DNA of 64,000 nucleotides from an uncultured Pseudomonadota bacterium (GCA_902793695.1 CADBEI010000002.1:10771-74770); one strand, 5' to 3'; positions 9,471 to 19,592 are shown, counted from the first letter of the stretch. Notes: generated from the letters alone by a model not told the origin. Numbers and translations are program-made.

Positions 9471-11072
9471 CTATTGCACCCTGACTACACTACAAAATAC
9501 TCCGTTGCGCCCTAATTGACTGCATACCGCGTCTCCGCTGTCCAAACTTTTGACCGGACCGATACGCAGGTGAAACAATTCCTTACCCTGTCCGTCTGCC
9601 GGAGCGTCAACCGAATAAAACGGTTCATACCCGCCCAGCAATGAAGAATAACGTCCGGATAAATCATGCCACAACGCTTCCAAATTGTTCACATTGGAGT
9701 CTGTTCCCAATTCTATCGACAGAACGTCCGAAGTTTGGCCTTCAAAGCCGCTGCCGTAACGATATTGTGATTGAATGTTTCTGAATTTCGGATCATCACT
9801 GAAACTGAGCGGAGTCATACCATTGCAATCCGCATCTTTAGCCGATGACGAAGACGAAGCAGATCCCGCGCCGAAACTGCCGGCCGCACCGTTAGGCATA
9901 TATACGCCACCATTGCTGTCAACTCTTACGGCGCCATTGCCGTTATTTGAAGCTCCGCTGCCGTTACCGGATGCATTTCCGGTTCCGTTTGCCCCGCCGC
10001 TGCCGTTTGTTATGCCGCCCGGAATTGCCGGCGCAACATCCCACTCATTACTGGTATCGGCATAGGTAACATATTGTGTTCCCTCATCATCGGAACGACG
10101 CATTTTCAAGCATACCATACGTTTACCGCTACGCATAACCATATCGCCGACACCTTCCACAATAATCAGTCGGTTATTCGGCCCTTTGGTACGAAAACCT
10201 ACCGGTGTTTCCGAGCGTTCGATAATCATTGTTACAATCGGACGCTGTACCATATTTATGGCCTTTTCGCCCAGATCTATATAAGTGAAAATATCATCAT
10301 GCCATACCCGTTCCGGTGCAATAATCACATCATCCGGATTCGGAACATAGATTTCCATATCAAAACGAAACTTTTCCGGATCCATCGGAATACTTCTGAG
10401 CCAGTCTTCTTTCAAAAAACGTCTGGTGTAGGTGGCATCAACTCTTTTATTGTTATTGTCAAATCCGATACCGCCCGAACTGCCGCCTATCTTGCCGCCC
10501 CTGGGACTACCTCCCGATGCGCCGTTTTGGTCGACAACATCAATATCTATGATGGAATTGGTAATTCTTTCGGAGTTGACGCCCTCTCCGCGAACATAAA
10601 ACACATATTTGTTACCGGATCTGCCGAAAACAATCAGGTTGGTATCGCTGCCTACGGCATAAGGCGTTACCGGATACAGCATAAGCGAACTCGGTTTGCT
10701 GATTTTTCCGCCGAAATTCGCCGGGTCACCCAGTTGTGCATCTTCAATTAATTCCCACTCCGGAAAATTAATCAAGGTCATCATACCCTCACGCAAACGA
10801 ATCGGCAACACCAAATCAGGCGACCAATAATATTTTGAATAAGCCGGCTTGCTTTGTCCTTCGCCTAAATTCTGCAGAGGATCTTGCCAAGCTTCCTGAA
10901 ACATACCGGTACCGAATCCGGTGTATGTCATATTTTGGGCAGGATAATTACCCTGTGTTTGATCTGCCGATTGGTTCAAACTGTCATCGCTGACCAAACC
11001 TGCGGCATACAGGTTTTGCATAAATAACATTCCCGTAATCGTTAATATCAATGTTTTAATGCTCTTTCTCAT
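9471..11072 (-). CDS. virB9: VirB9/CagX/TrbG-family protein with G/S/N-rich linker and C-terminal SPOR-like domain
   Basis: Signal peptide (LILTITGMLFMQNLYAAG). The N-terminal half resembles VirB9 (YYWSPDLVLPIRLREGMMTLINFPEWE..., NLIVFGRSGNKYVFYVRGEG). aa ~345-420 are a low-complexity G/S/N/A linker. The last ~80 aa look like SPOR (LSIELGTDSNVNNLEALWHDL..., FHLRIGPVKSLDSGDAVCSQLGRNGVFCSVVRV). Confidence 0.75.
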   Translation of the reverse strand: MRKSIKTLILTITGMLFMQNLYAAGLVSDDSLNQSADQTQGNYPAQNMTYTGFGTGMFQEAWQDPLQNLGEGQSKPAYSKYYWSPDLVLPIRLREGMMTLINFPEWELIEDAQLGDPANFGGKISKPSSLMLYPVTPYAVGSDTNLIVFGRSGNKYVFYVRGEGVNSERITNSIIDIDVVDQNGASGGSPRGGKIGGSSGGIGFDNNNKRVDATYTRRFLKEDWLRSIPMDPEKFRFDMEIYVPNPDDVIIAPERVWHDDIFTYIDLGEKAINMVQRPIVTMIIERSETPVGFRTKGPNNRLIIVEGVGDMVMRSGKRMVCLKMRRSDDEGTQYVTYADTSNEWDVAPAIPGGITNGSGGANGTGNASGNGSGASNNGNGAVRVDSNGGVYMPNGAAGSFGAGSASSSSSAKDADCNGMTPLSFSDDPKFRNIQSQYRYGSGFEGQTSDVLSIELGTDSNVNNLEALWHDLSGRYSSLLGGYEPFYSVDAPADGQGKELFHLRIGPVKSLDSGDAVCSQLGRNGVFCSVVRVQ

Positions 11073-11087
11073 TGTTTTATCCTAACT

Positions 11088-11840
11088 TTAATCTTTGATT
11101 TGTTTGACCGTGTATGTCATAACCGTGAATCCCACAGGATTTTTTAGTCTTTCTTTGTACGAAACGCGTTGCGGAACATACTGTATGCGCATACTGGCGC
11201 GATATCTCAATTTCTTTGGCGTATACGATGACGGCAGATAATAGTCCACGCTGTATTCAACCTGCCACACAGCCTCGGAAATTTCATTCACCGTGATGAT
11301 CGTAACATTACTGGTTAAGCCGTCCTCTTTCATTCGTTTCATCAACTTCGGGCCGGTTTCACTCATAAATTCCTGATACACAATCGGAGACGACATCTTT
11401 TGCAAATCGCCGCCGTTTTGCCACCGCGCTTCCATCTCTTCAATATCCGAAAGCAATGTCGTACGCAACAAAACATATTGACGAATAAATGTTTCCGTAA
11501 TGGATTTTTTGGCCTCCATATCGCGGCTGTACGGAACAATATTGTAGACCTGTTCGGCCTTGTTGGATAAGGTCAGTAAATACGGTTCAACCCGATACAG
11601 CGGAAGAATGGCAGATATTGTCAGCAACAAAATCAGATTGCAGCATAAACTGATGGCTGTAACAACTGCAAAGGCGCGTGCTGTCCATAAATATCTTCTT
11701 TCACTGGCATTAACCACCAAACTGTCTTCATCGCGTGCGATTTCCCGCTGAATAGCGGTACGGGCACCTTGTGCCGGACGTCTTTGTCCGGAGGCGATTA
11801 GCTTTTGCTGTGTGTTATTTACCCCTAACTGATCCGCCAT
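11088..11840 (-). CDS. virB8: VirB8-family protein, paralog 2
   Basis: 250 aa with a cytoplasmic N-terminus, a single TM (AFAVVTAISLCCNLILLLTISAILPL) and a periplasmic domain with a VirB8-like FIRQYV motif. Clearly paralogous to 12192..12944. Confidence 0.7.
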   Translation of the reverse strand: MADQLGVNNTQQKLIASGQRRPAQGARTAIQREIARDEDSLVVNASERRYLWTARAFAVVTAISLCCNLILLLTISAILPLYRVEPYLLTLSNKAEQVYNIVPYSRDMEAKKSITETFIRQYVLLRTTLLSDIEEMEARWQNGGDLQKMSSPIVYQEFMSETGPKLMKRMKEDGLTSNVTIITVNEISEAVWQVEYSVDYYLPSSYTPKKLRYRASMRIQYVPQRVSYKERLKNPVGFTVMTYTVKQIKD

Positions 11841-11855
11841 TTATTTAAATCCCGT

Positions 11856-12044
11856 CTATATTGTTTCCCAAAACCAATCCGGTACGTTTTTAATGACATC
11901 AATTTGCATACAGGCACAAGGCGACAACTTCAGCTCATTGATGTCCTTACCGATTCCCACGGCTTCCGGTTCATAATACGAACCGAACAAACTGCAAGCC
12001 GACAGAATTAAAAGTATAGCAAAAATCAAAAATTTTTTATACAT
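11856..12044 (-). CDS. virB7: Small lipoprotein, VirB7-like by size, lipobox and position
   Basis: 62 aa with signal peptide and lipobox LILSAC|S. It sits immediately upstream of virB8/virB9. No sequence motif beyond the lipobox. Confidence 0.5.
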   Translation of the reverse strand: MYKKFLIFAILLILSACSLFGSYYEPEAVGIGKDINELKLSPCACMQIDVIKNVPDWFWETI

Positions 12045-12191
12045 TTCATATCTCTCATTTTATTTTTTGACAGTTGTTGAGAATCCTCTCAACACCCAGT
12101 AAATATCGGCATTCTGCGGCAATAACCGATAAACGCGGATACTCCTCTGGTCATTATAATAAAATAAAAAGATTAAAATAAATTAAACAAA

Positions 12192-12944
12192 TTATTCTCT
12201 TATTTCACTTTGGTTATATTTAATCACCGTAAACCCTATCGGATTTAACAATCTGGTTCTTAACAAGCGCCGTTCGGGAATATAGGCCGGCGTTATTGAC
12301 GCTTTGTAGCGCATTGTCTTCAAGGTTAACGAACCGGATGAATTGCGCGCTTTAGACAGATTAAAAGTGGTAAACGTCACTAACCACGCCGGTGAATCTT
12401 CGCTTTCTTTGCCGATTTTATCAATCTGAACTTCGCTGGAGTAGCCGTTATCGAACATTTTATCAATTGTTTTCACGTTCTTACCGACAAAATCCCAATA
12501 AACTTCCGGTGACGACATATATTGTACAATCCCTCCCGGTCCCCAACGTGTTCGCATTTCCTGCTCATCATTAATCACCGTATTACGCACAATGATATAT
12601 TGCCGTATAAACATCTCGGTAAGTTGTTTTTCTGAAGGCATTTTTTTATCAATCGGCTCATAACGAACAACATTTTCCGAATCTTTTTGATTGATTATCA
12701 AGAGCGGTTCCACCACAATTTCGCGTGACAGTCGGAAAATTACCAAAGTAGAACTCAAAAAGAACCCGAGCGAAATGATGGCACACAAAATAACCAAACG
12801 CGACAACCATCTGAAGTAAACCTCCTTACTGGATGTTGTTTCTTGTCTGACATCGTTGATAAAATGCGGTCGGTAACCGGCATTTGATTTCCGATTACCA
12901 TCCGCTATTAAAATACGCTTTGCGCCATCTCCCAGCTGAGCCAC
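12192..12944 (-). CDS. virB8: VirB8-family protein, paralog 1
   Basis: 250 aa with the same architecture as 11088..11840 (TM VILCAIISLGFFLSSTLVIF). Shared motifs are MFIRQYIIVRNT / TFIRQYVLLRTT and NPIGFTVIKY / NPVGFTVMTY. Confidence 0.7.
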   Translation of the reverse strand: MAQLGDGAKRILIADGNRKSNAGYRPHFINDVRQETTSSKEVYFRWLSRLVILCAIISLGFFLSSTLVIFRLSREIVVEPLLIINQKDSENVVRYEPIDKKMPSEKQLTEMFIRQYIIVRNTVINDEQEMRTRWGPGGIVQYMSSPEVYWDFVGKNVKTIDKMFDNGYSSEVQIDKIGKESEDSPAWLVTFTTFNLSKARNSSGSLTLKTMRYKASITPAYIPERRLLRTRLLNPIGFTVIKYNQSEIRE

Positions 12945-12965
12945 TTTTTTACTCCCCTTTGTCTG

Positions 12966-15900
12966 TTAATAACGTGGATATACACCACAATACGGGCGCA
13001 AATGACGTTTTAAGCGACTTATACGCTCTCTGTCCTGTTCCTTAGCCGTTTCGGAAACAACTTTCCAATCGGCATAGGCTTTCTTTATTTTCTCGTCCAT
13101 TTCCGTGCAATCCAGCTCGCCTCCGTCAATCGAACATTCATCACCGATAATCATTACCAAATCTCCCGGATAGTCGTCAATACCCAGTTTTTCTTTGGCA
13201 TACTCCGGAGTATCATATTGATACAACATGGCAGAACGCATAACTTCATTACGGCGGAGATTTATGGTTTCGAGCGCCTCACCTTCGCTTTCTACTTCGT
13301 TTTCTCCTTCGCCTTCTTTTTTGACGGTTGTTGCTTTTACTTCCGACAACTTATTCATAGCGCTTGCAATCGCCGCATCTTTTTCTTCCTGCAGTTTCTG
13401 GCGCAAGCGTTTATAATCTTCCGACTGACACTCGACGAATCTTTCGATTTCTTCGGTATTTTCTTCCTCGTCAAATTTATCCATATCTATTTCGCATGCC
13501 ATATTGAAGTCTTCGCCGAACACAAAATCCGCATCTTTTAAAACTTCAGCCAATTCGAGTTCTGTGGTTTTAGCTTTTTTCTCCGCGTTGAGAAGATTAT
13601 TTTGCGTAATGCGCATTATTTCAATCTGCTCAAGATAATCGCCGAGTTGATTTTTCTCCAAGAAAACCCGATTTGTCGCATCTTTAAGCGAAGTTTCTTC
13701 TTCGTGCCCCTCTTGACCGTAGTCTTCTACTGCCGTATACAAGGCGCGTACCAAAACATCATTGAAAGTCAGACGCATAACACCGTTGGCAACTTCATCT
13801 TTGCATTCAGGAGTTTCGGCCATACATTGCGGATTGCCGTGGCATTTTGAGATGCAAGCTTCCTCATCGTGATGAATGACAATAGCCTGATTATACAGAT
13901 TTGGCAACACCGGCGGGAACCCCGAATGACGCATGGTGTCTTCTTCATTATAATATGTGATGATATTGCTGAGTTCGCTCACTTCCGTATAATCGGCACC
14001 GCCGTACGGATATACAAAATCGTAGGTATGATTATCCATCAGTGCGCTGGCTTCTTTATCATAAATTTTGATTCCCTCGCCGGTTTCCGGTTTCTCTACC
14101 CGTACTTGCAGTGCCTGGCACTCCGGTACAGCCGCAATTTTTTCGGCAACACTGGCATCTTCCACCGTCAACAGTGTAGAAAATCTCAACCACTCCGGAT
14201 GTTTGGTAACACGCGCTTCCAACGGTACCGGATATCTGACTGTTCCGCGCGTGTTCTTTTCCAACGGTGTATTCGGAACGGCATATTGGAAATTGCTGTT
14301 AATATCAATAAAGTACTGAATAGGCACGCCGGTAGACGTGTTATTCGCGTTCATATATGTTCTGCCCGTCGGCTTACCCTTCATATCGTATTCATAAGAA
14401 CGACACGGATACAAACCGGAGCGTCGAACTTCCTGCTGGGCACGAAGTGCATTGACTCTGTCTTCTTCATTTGTGCCGTTTTCAACACCGATAAGTTTAG
14501 CTAAATCAAATTGTTTCTGAACATAGGTACGCGGCAACAATATATATTTCCACCACCGCGGCATAATGGCATTTCTCGCAGCATCCTCGCCCTCAATATA
14601 GTTATCGGTGGAATTAATATTGGTATTCGGAGCGCTGAGCAATTCCTTCAAAAAGAGACGACGACTGAAGAACATAAGCTTATTCATACCGCGTTCTACC
14701 GGAATATCATCGTCCGAAACTTTATGATATATTGAAATAGCATCAAAATCATCGCGGGAAAAGTGGAAAGCTTCACGCAGGAACATACCGTCATCTCCTA
14801 TACCGCAGCCGATAGGATACGGTGCCATAAAGTCACGCGGCTGTCCGATTAGGCCCACAAAGTAACCGCCCGGTTCTTCATCATCGTCGCTCGGTTCCTT
14901 AATATTATCACAAGATTCTTGATCTCGGTCACTCTCAAAATCAAGTTCCACCGGTGCCTCTTTACATTTTTCGGCATTTTCTCCGCAGATTGATTCAAAC
15001 ACATTGTTTGACATCACGGAAGAAAAGCCCGGAATCTCCGGTAAACCGCCACATTCTGCCGGACTGAATTTGAGTAAATATTCATCAAACAGTGCACGAT
15101 GCGATTTGAGAATACTTCTGCATTTCGGAGCTTTGGTAAAGTTTACATAGTTCCTTACGGAATAATTGTAACCCATACACGGTTCTTTATATTCCTTTTC
15201 CCATTCTTCCACCTTCTTTACCAGTTTTTCACGCACGCAAGTCAAAAATTCTCCGGCTCCCGGCAATATTGTCGAAAAATCAATATTCTGGCCATTTACC
15301 GATATGGATGTAGGGCTGAATGATGCTCGAGCTGCTCTCATATTTTGGGCGGCGTTTCTCATATTCAGCATTTCGATATATTCGGCATCGCTCATATCTT
15401 TGATGTATTGATGATGGGCTTCAGCCAATTTTTCATCGAGTTCTTCTATTTTTTCTTTGCACTTTTCGATTTCATCCTCATATCTTTTGGCTTCTTCTTT
15501 GGCCTCATCTTTTTTGGTTTGAGCCGCTTCCGCTATTTCTTTGGAATCATCTTCAAGTTTTTTGAAATTCTTCGACTGCGGAGTTTCGTCCGGATTAACG
15601 TCGTCACGTCCGGCATCTTCATACAATCTGCGGTTGGCATCTTTAGCCGTTTGCGAGGCTTCTTCAACCAGTTTGGCACTTCCGACTTCACGAGTCATCT
15701 GATTATATTCGCTGTTTTTCTTGCTTAATTTTCCGGCGAATTCTTCTTTTTTCTCAACCCACTCTTTTCTCTTTTTCACCCAAGGTTCAATTTTTTTCTT
15801 ATATTTTTTATCAATTTGCACGAACATCGCATCTTGTGCTTCAATCATTTTTTTAATCTCTTTTTGTTCGTTTTCTTGATAAGTTTCCAATGCTTCTTTT

Positions 15901-18335
15901 ATTATCGGCGCATTGCTTAAACCGGCAACTTGCATCAACAAAATAAAATCAGGAACGGTTTTGATATAATCCTTTATGTTATCGTATTTACCGTTAACAT
16001 ATTGATCATAAAACTCTTTCTGATCTTTCCAAGCAACAAATTTAGAGCGCGGTTCGGCAAAATGAATCGGATTGGAATAGCATTCGCCGCCGGCAACATT
16101 CAAACCGCAGGCAAAATCTACCGCCAACACGCCCATAACCTCCTTGCCGATGGTCCAACGCAGAATATCCTCTATCTGCGCATCGGATAACATACTGTCT
16201 TGTGATTCGCCGTCTTTCGTGTCCGGAGCCTTAGCTTCTGCCTCGGCATCTTCATCAATATTATTTTTCATTTCGTTGATTTCATCCGGATCGGTGGATG
16301 CATCACGTTGAGTAATATAAATACTTGAGGCTTCCTCTTCTTCGGTTTCGCCTTCAAGCTCTTTCATTTTCTCTTCTTTTCTTCTGTCGATGGCGTCTTT
16401 ATCCGGATCCTCATTCTCGGCTGTTTCAGACTCTTTCGGTTGGTAGAAAGTCATATATTTGGAAGCTCTGGTTTTGTCGCCGAATTCCATATTTTCGGAA
16501 TCCGAACTGATTTCGACGTGTGATGTATAGTTAGCTCCTTCACTGTCGTTGGTTTCAACGGTCAATACGGTTTCTTCGTGATCGTATATTGCATTACCAT
16601 CAATCGCGGCTCGATATAGGTCAACCAAATATTGCAAAATTCCGCCAACCTTTGAGGCATCTACCGGATCTATCTTTTCCCGTATTCTTTCATTTTTATC
16701 ACTGTATTCCTCTTCGTCTAAATTTCCCTCATCAAACGCATCGATATAGTCGTCTATTCGGGCAACATAGCATTTATGTTGAGAATCACCCGGACATGCG
16801 ACATCCATTAAACCGCGCGATGCCGAAAGGTCGTCAAACGATTTTTCATTGATATAGTGACATACAACTTTACCATCAGGTACACCCTTATCGTTATGTT
16901 CTAGCGAACAACCGTTCGGACCAAACAAAGCTTCGGCCGGATCTTCATAAAACGGCGTCAACATTTGCATAACGCATTCACTTGATTTTGCCACCGTCTT
17001 GCGGCTGAGATTATGCATTTCCTTGATATAGTTGTAATTTTTATAGATATCTTCATAGCTCATAATGCGTTGCAACACATTATGAATATTTTCCGCACGC
17101 TGTAAATCTTCTTCCGCCGAGGCAATACTCGCCAAATCGGCAAAACCTTCGGCTCGACTGTCGATTACGCTGGAATATCCTTTGGCACCGTTGCTGAGTT
17201 CAAAATCACCGCCCAATAAATCGGATGGATCTTCTTGAACACTCTGGTATTTAGCCATTTCTTCTTCTAACACCCGTTGAGATACCGCCGCATCGGCAAA
17301 CACAGCATCTGCCGTCATTTTTTGCGAAACAACGGTGTTATTATAGTTGTAGTAAAGTTGTTCCAATGCGGAAGTATTATCTTCAGTACCTTCTGCTTCA
17401 TCCGGAGCTTCTTTAATTTTTGCAACGGAGGAAATTCCCATAACCGAACGATATTGTGCCAACATCGCAATCACGGTTTCATTATAAATCATTATGGTAT
17501 CATAAAGTTTCTCGGCTTTAATGGCGCTGTTCCAAAAACATACCATATCTTCGTTGTTGCCCGAACCGGAGCCGTCATTATCGCCTCCTTCATCGTTAGA
17601 ACCGGCGCAAGAGGTTAATTTAACAAAATCGCAAAATTTATCTCCAATCATACATCTTTCGTATAGGCGAAGCTGCGACAACATACTTAAATCTTCCATC
17701 TTCACCGATTGCAATTTGCTTTCCACATCACTTTTTGAAAAATCCAACGGTTCTCCCCAAAGTTCGATTTCCCTACCGCGCATTTCTTTTTGCATTTCTT
17801 TGGCAACGATGAACATCTCGATGGTTGTATCCATCTTCAGCTGTTCGCCTTTTTGGGCATATGCATACTTGGTTTGATTGTTTTGGGAAGGGTACTGGAA
17901 AAATAATCTTTCAAATGCTTTTTGCACCATATAAGGGTTACTTACTTCAACCTTTGTCATAGCACCGTTTTCATTCGGTACTTTATATTTTTTACAATTT
18001 TCGATAGTACGGGAATAGCTTATAACCTTTTGTTTTTTCTTTTCATTTTGTTTCAGCATATTGAAAATACCATCACCGAGATTGGCTATATATTTTTTAG
18101 CCAATTGCTTCACTCGAGTAACGTCGGTAACTCCGGTCAAGGTTTGTTTGTTTTCCAAGACTTCTTTAATGGAGGACGTCAGCAATGAAGCTTCTGACGG
18201 TGTGCCGCTCAAATTTGCTTCCACGCTTTGCCCCGGATTTAACGGATCGAAATCAGGCGGAATAAATGCCCAAGCGCTGCCGCAGAACACCGCACTTGTT
18301 AATAAAACTGTTATATATTTTACAATGTTACGCAT
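12966..18335 (-). CDS. ~1789-aa secreted acidic, Cys-rich, partly coiled-coil protein of unknown function
   Basis: Track ORF is 12966..18350. The ATG at 18335 (MRNIVKYITVLLTSAVFCGSAWA) follows a GAGGGAGGG RBS and gives a clean signal peptide. There are no TM bundles. D/E-rich tracts are present, with a K/E coiled-coil centre (KKYKKKIEPWVKKRKEWVEKKEEF...EIEKCKEKIEELDEKLAEAHHQY) and many Cys. Confidence 0.7.
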   Translation of the reverse strand: MRNIVKYITVLLTSAVFCGSAWAFIPPDFDPLNPGQSVEANLSGTPSEASLLTSSIKEVLENKQTLTGVTDVTRVKQLAKKYIANLGDGIFNMLKQNEKKKQKVISYSRTIENCKKYKVPNENGAMTKVEVSNPYMVQKAFERLFFQYPSQNNQTKYAYAQKGEQLKMDTTIEMFIVAKEMQKEMRGREIELWGEPLDFSKSDVESKLQSVKMEDLSMLSQLRLYERCMIGDKFCDFVKLTSCAGSNDEGGDNDGSGSGNNEDMVCFWNSAIKAEKLYDTIMIYNETVIAMLAQYRSVMGISSVAKIKEAPDEAEGTEDNTSALEQLYYNYNNTVVSQKMTADAVFADAAVSQRVLEEEMAKYQSVQEDPSDLLGGDFELSNGAKGYSSVIDSRAEGFADLASIASAEEDLQRAENIHNVLQRIMSYEDIYKNYNYIKEMHNLSRKTVAKSSECVMQMLTPFYEDPAEALFGPNGCSLEHNDKGVPDGKVVCHYINEKSFDDLSASRGLMDVACPGDSQHKCYVARIDDYIDAFDEGNLDEEEYSDKNERIREKIDPVDASKVGGILQYLVDLYRAAIDGNAIYDHEETVLTVETNDSEGANYTSHVEISSDSENMEFGDKTRASKYMTFYQPKESETAENEDPDKDAIDRRKEEKMKELEGETEEEEASSIYITQRDASTDPDEINEMKNNIDEDAEAEAKAPDTKDGESQDSMLSDAQIEDILRWTIGKEVMGVLAVDFACGLNVAGGECYSNPIHFAEPRSKFVAWKDQKEFYDQYVNGKYDNIKDYIKTVPDFILLMQVAGLSNAPIIKEALETYQENEQKEIKKMIEAQDAMFVQIDKKYKKKIEPWVKKRKEWVEKKEEFAGKLSKKNSEYNQMTREVGSAKLVEEASQTAKDANRRLYEDAGRDDVNPDETPQSKNFKKLEDDSKEIAEAAQTKKDEAKEEAKRYEDEIEKCKEKIEELDEKLAEAHHQYIKDMSDAEYIEMLNMRNAAQNMRAARASFSPTSISVNGQNIDFSTILPGAGEFLTCVREKLVKKVEEWEKEYKEPCMGYNYSVRNYVNFTKAPKCRSILKSHRALFDEYLLKFSPAECGGLPEIPGFSSVMSNNVFESICGENAEKCKEAPVELDFESDRDQESCDNIKEPSDDDEEPGGYFVGLIGQPRDFMAPYPIGCGIGDDGMFLREAFHFSRDDFDAISIYHKVSDDDIPVERGMNKLMFFSRRLFLKELLSAPNTNINSTDNYIEGEDAARNAIMPRWWKYILLPRTYVQKQFDLAKLIGVENGTNEEDRVNALRAQQEVRRSGLYPCRSYEYDMKGKPTGRTYMNANNTSTGVPIQYFIDINSNFQYAVPNTPLEKNTRGTVRYPVPLEARVTKHPEWLRFSTLLTVEDASVAEKIAAVPECQALQVRVEKPETGEGIKIYDKEASALMDNHTYDFVYPYGGADYTEVSELSNIITYYNEEDTMRHSGFPPVLPNLYNQAIVIHHDEEACISKCHGNPQCMAETPECKDEVANGVMRLTFNDVLVRALYTAVEDYGQEGHEEETSLKDATNRVFLEKNQLGDYLEQIEIMRITQNNLLNAEKKAKTTELELAEVLKDADFVFGEDFNMACEIDMDKFDEEENTEEIERFVECQSEDYKRLRQKLQEEKDAAIASAMNKLSEVKATTVKKEGEGENEVESEGEALETINLRRNEVMRSAMLYQYDTPEYAKEKLGIDDYPGDLVMIIGDECSIDGGELDCTEMDEKIKKAYADWKVVSETAKEQDRERISRLKRHLRPYCGVYPRY

Positions 18336-18350
18336 TGTACCCTCCCTCAA

Positions 18351-19592
18351 TTAAAAGAACTCTTTTACCTTGCTTTTGATGGTTTCTTTTGCCGTTCTTT
18401 TTGATTTTGACAGCCAATCTTCTTTTGTCATCATATAATCATCCAAATTAAACTTGGTTATATCTTTTTCATAGTCGCGCAGTGCATATTTGTTGTCCCA
18501 TTTTTGCATTTCCGCCGTTGTATCCAATTGTATCATTGCCAACAAAATTTCCAAATAACCGACGGCAACTATGGAATTTTGCATCTCAACGCATTGACGC
18601 AATCCCATTGCGCCGAACACTCCGTCTGCTCTTAATGATTCATCGGCACAAGATATGCTGCGTTCATTGGTTTCCTTAATGCTTACTTGTGTACTCACAA
18701 CCGTTTCCAACGCATTTTTAACTGCGTCATAGTATTCTCTCTGACGTTCTTTCACTACTCGACGAATATTCTCCGGATTTGCTGGTTCGTCTTCTTCCAA
18801 AAACAGTTTACTGATAACCGTTTTGTACATTTCCTTTTCTTCTTTGTCCGGATCGACATCAAACAATTTCATCAACTCGGTCTGCATTTTATCCGTCATA
18901 TTTTTCTCGGAATATTTTGCTTTTGCTTTTTCAATTTGCTTTTGCAGTTTTTCCATTCTCTCTTTGGATTTTTTAACTTTCGGAGTATCCAACACTTCGG
19001 TTTCGTCGTTTTGCTGCATTTGTTCGGCCAAATCGGCGATTGATTTATCCAGAGCGTCCAATTGAGCCACTCTATCCGGAGTAGACTCTTGGGCAATCAA
19101 CGCATCCAGAGCATTACGTTGCGAAACAAGGATACTCATTTGCTTTTGCATTTCCACTTTTTTATCAAGTTTGGCTTTTTCTGCCGCTTCAATTTCCGCT
19201 TCCATCTGTTTTTTGTGGTTAGCATAATCTTTACTTAAGTCATTCAACTGATCGACAAAAGTCTGCAACATCTCGTCGGCAGAATAATCGGAAGCCTTAT
19301 ATTGTCCTTTAGCCGCGGCAATGGCGACATCGGCTGATTCCTCGACAACATCCTTAAACATTTTCATACTTTCATTATTGCCGGCTTGCAGAGTTTTCTT
19401 ATTCAACTGCTCCATAATGTTGGCAGTTATGGTTTCCTGATTATCACTGTCCTTGAAAATCTTTTTAGCCAAATCCTCCAGCAATGTGGTGATTTCCAAA
19501 AAAGCCAGTGCCCGCGCCGGCGGCGTGTATATACAGAATGAACCCAACAAATATACAACGAGCAATAATGCTCCCTTTTTACTTATTTTCAT
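18351..19592 (-). CDS. Secreted coiled-coil protein, unknown (possible VirB5/TrbJ analog)
   Basis: Track ORF extends to 19706. The ATG at 19592 (MKISKKGALLLVVYLLGSFCIYTPPARA) follows AGGAGG and overlaps the upstream gene by 14 nt. The sequence is K/E/Q-rich and helical. Confidence 0.6.
   Translation of the reverse strand: MKISKKGALLLVVYLLGSFCIYTPPARALAFLEITTLLEDLAKKIFKDSDNQETITANIMEQLNKKTLQAGNNESMKMFKDVVEESADVAIAAAKGQYKASDYSADEMLQTFVDQLNDLSKDYANHKKQMEAEIEAAEKAKLDKKVEMQKQMSILVSQRNALDALIAQESTPDRVAQLDALDKSIADLAEQMQQNDETEVLDTPKVKKSKERMEKLQKQIEKAKAKYSEKNMTDKMQTELMKLFDVDPDKEEKEMYKTVISKLFLEEDEPANPENIRRVVKERQREYYDAVKNALETVVSTQVSIKETNERSISCADESLRADGVFGAMGLRQCVEMQNSIVAVGYLEILLAMIQLDTTAEMQKWDNKYALRDYEKDITKFNLDDYMMTKEDWLSKSKRTAKETIKSKVKEFF

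Noticed and set aside
10074-10751. 225-aa plus-strand ORF antisense to virB9
   Set aside because: The opposite strand carries recognisable VirB9 motifs. This frame has none and an odd composition (H/R/F/I-rich).
13218-18354. Many 60-210-aa plus-strand ORFs (e.g. 13869..14504, 15345..15728, 17277..17877) inside the 1789-aa gene
   Set aside because: All are nested antisense in a single 5.4-kb open frame. F/I/R-rich low-complexity translations are typical of the reverse complement of K/E/D-rich coding DNA.
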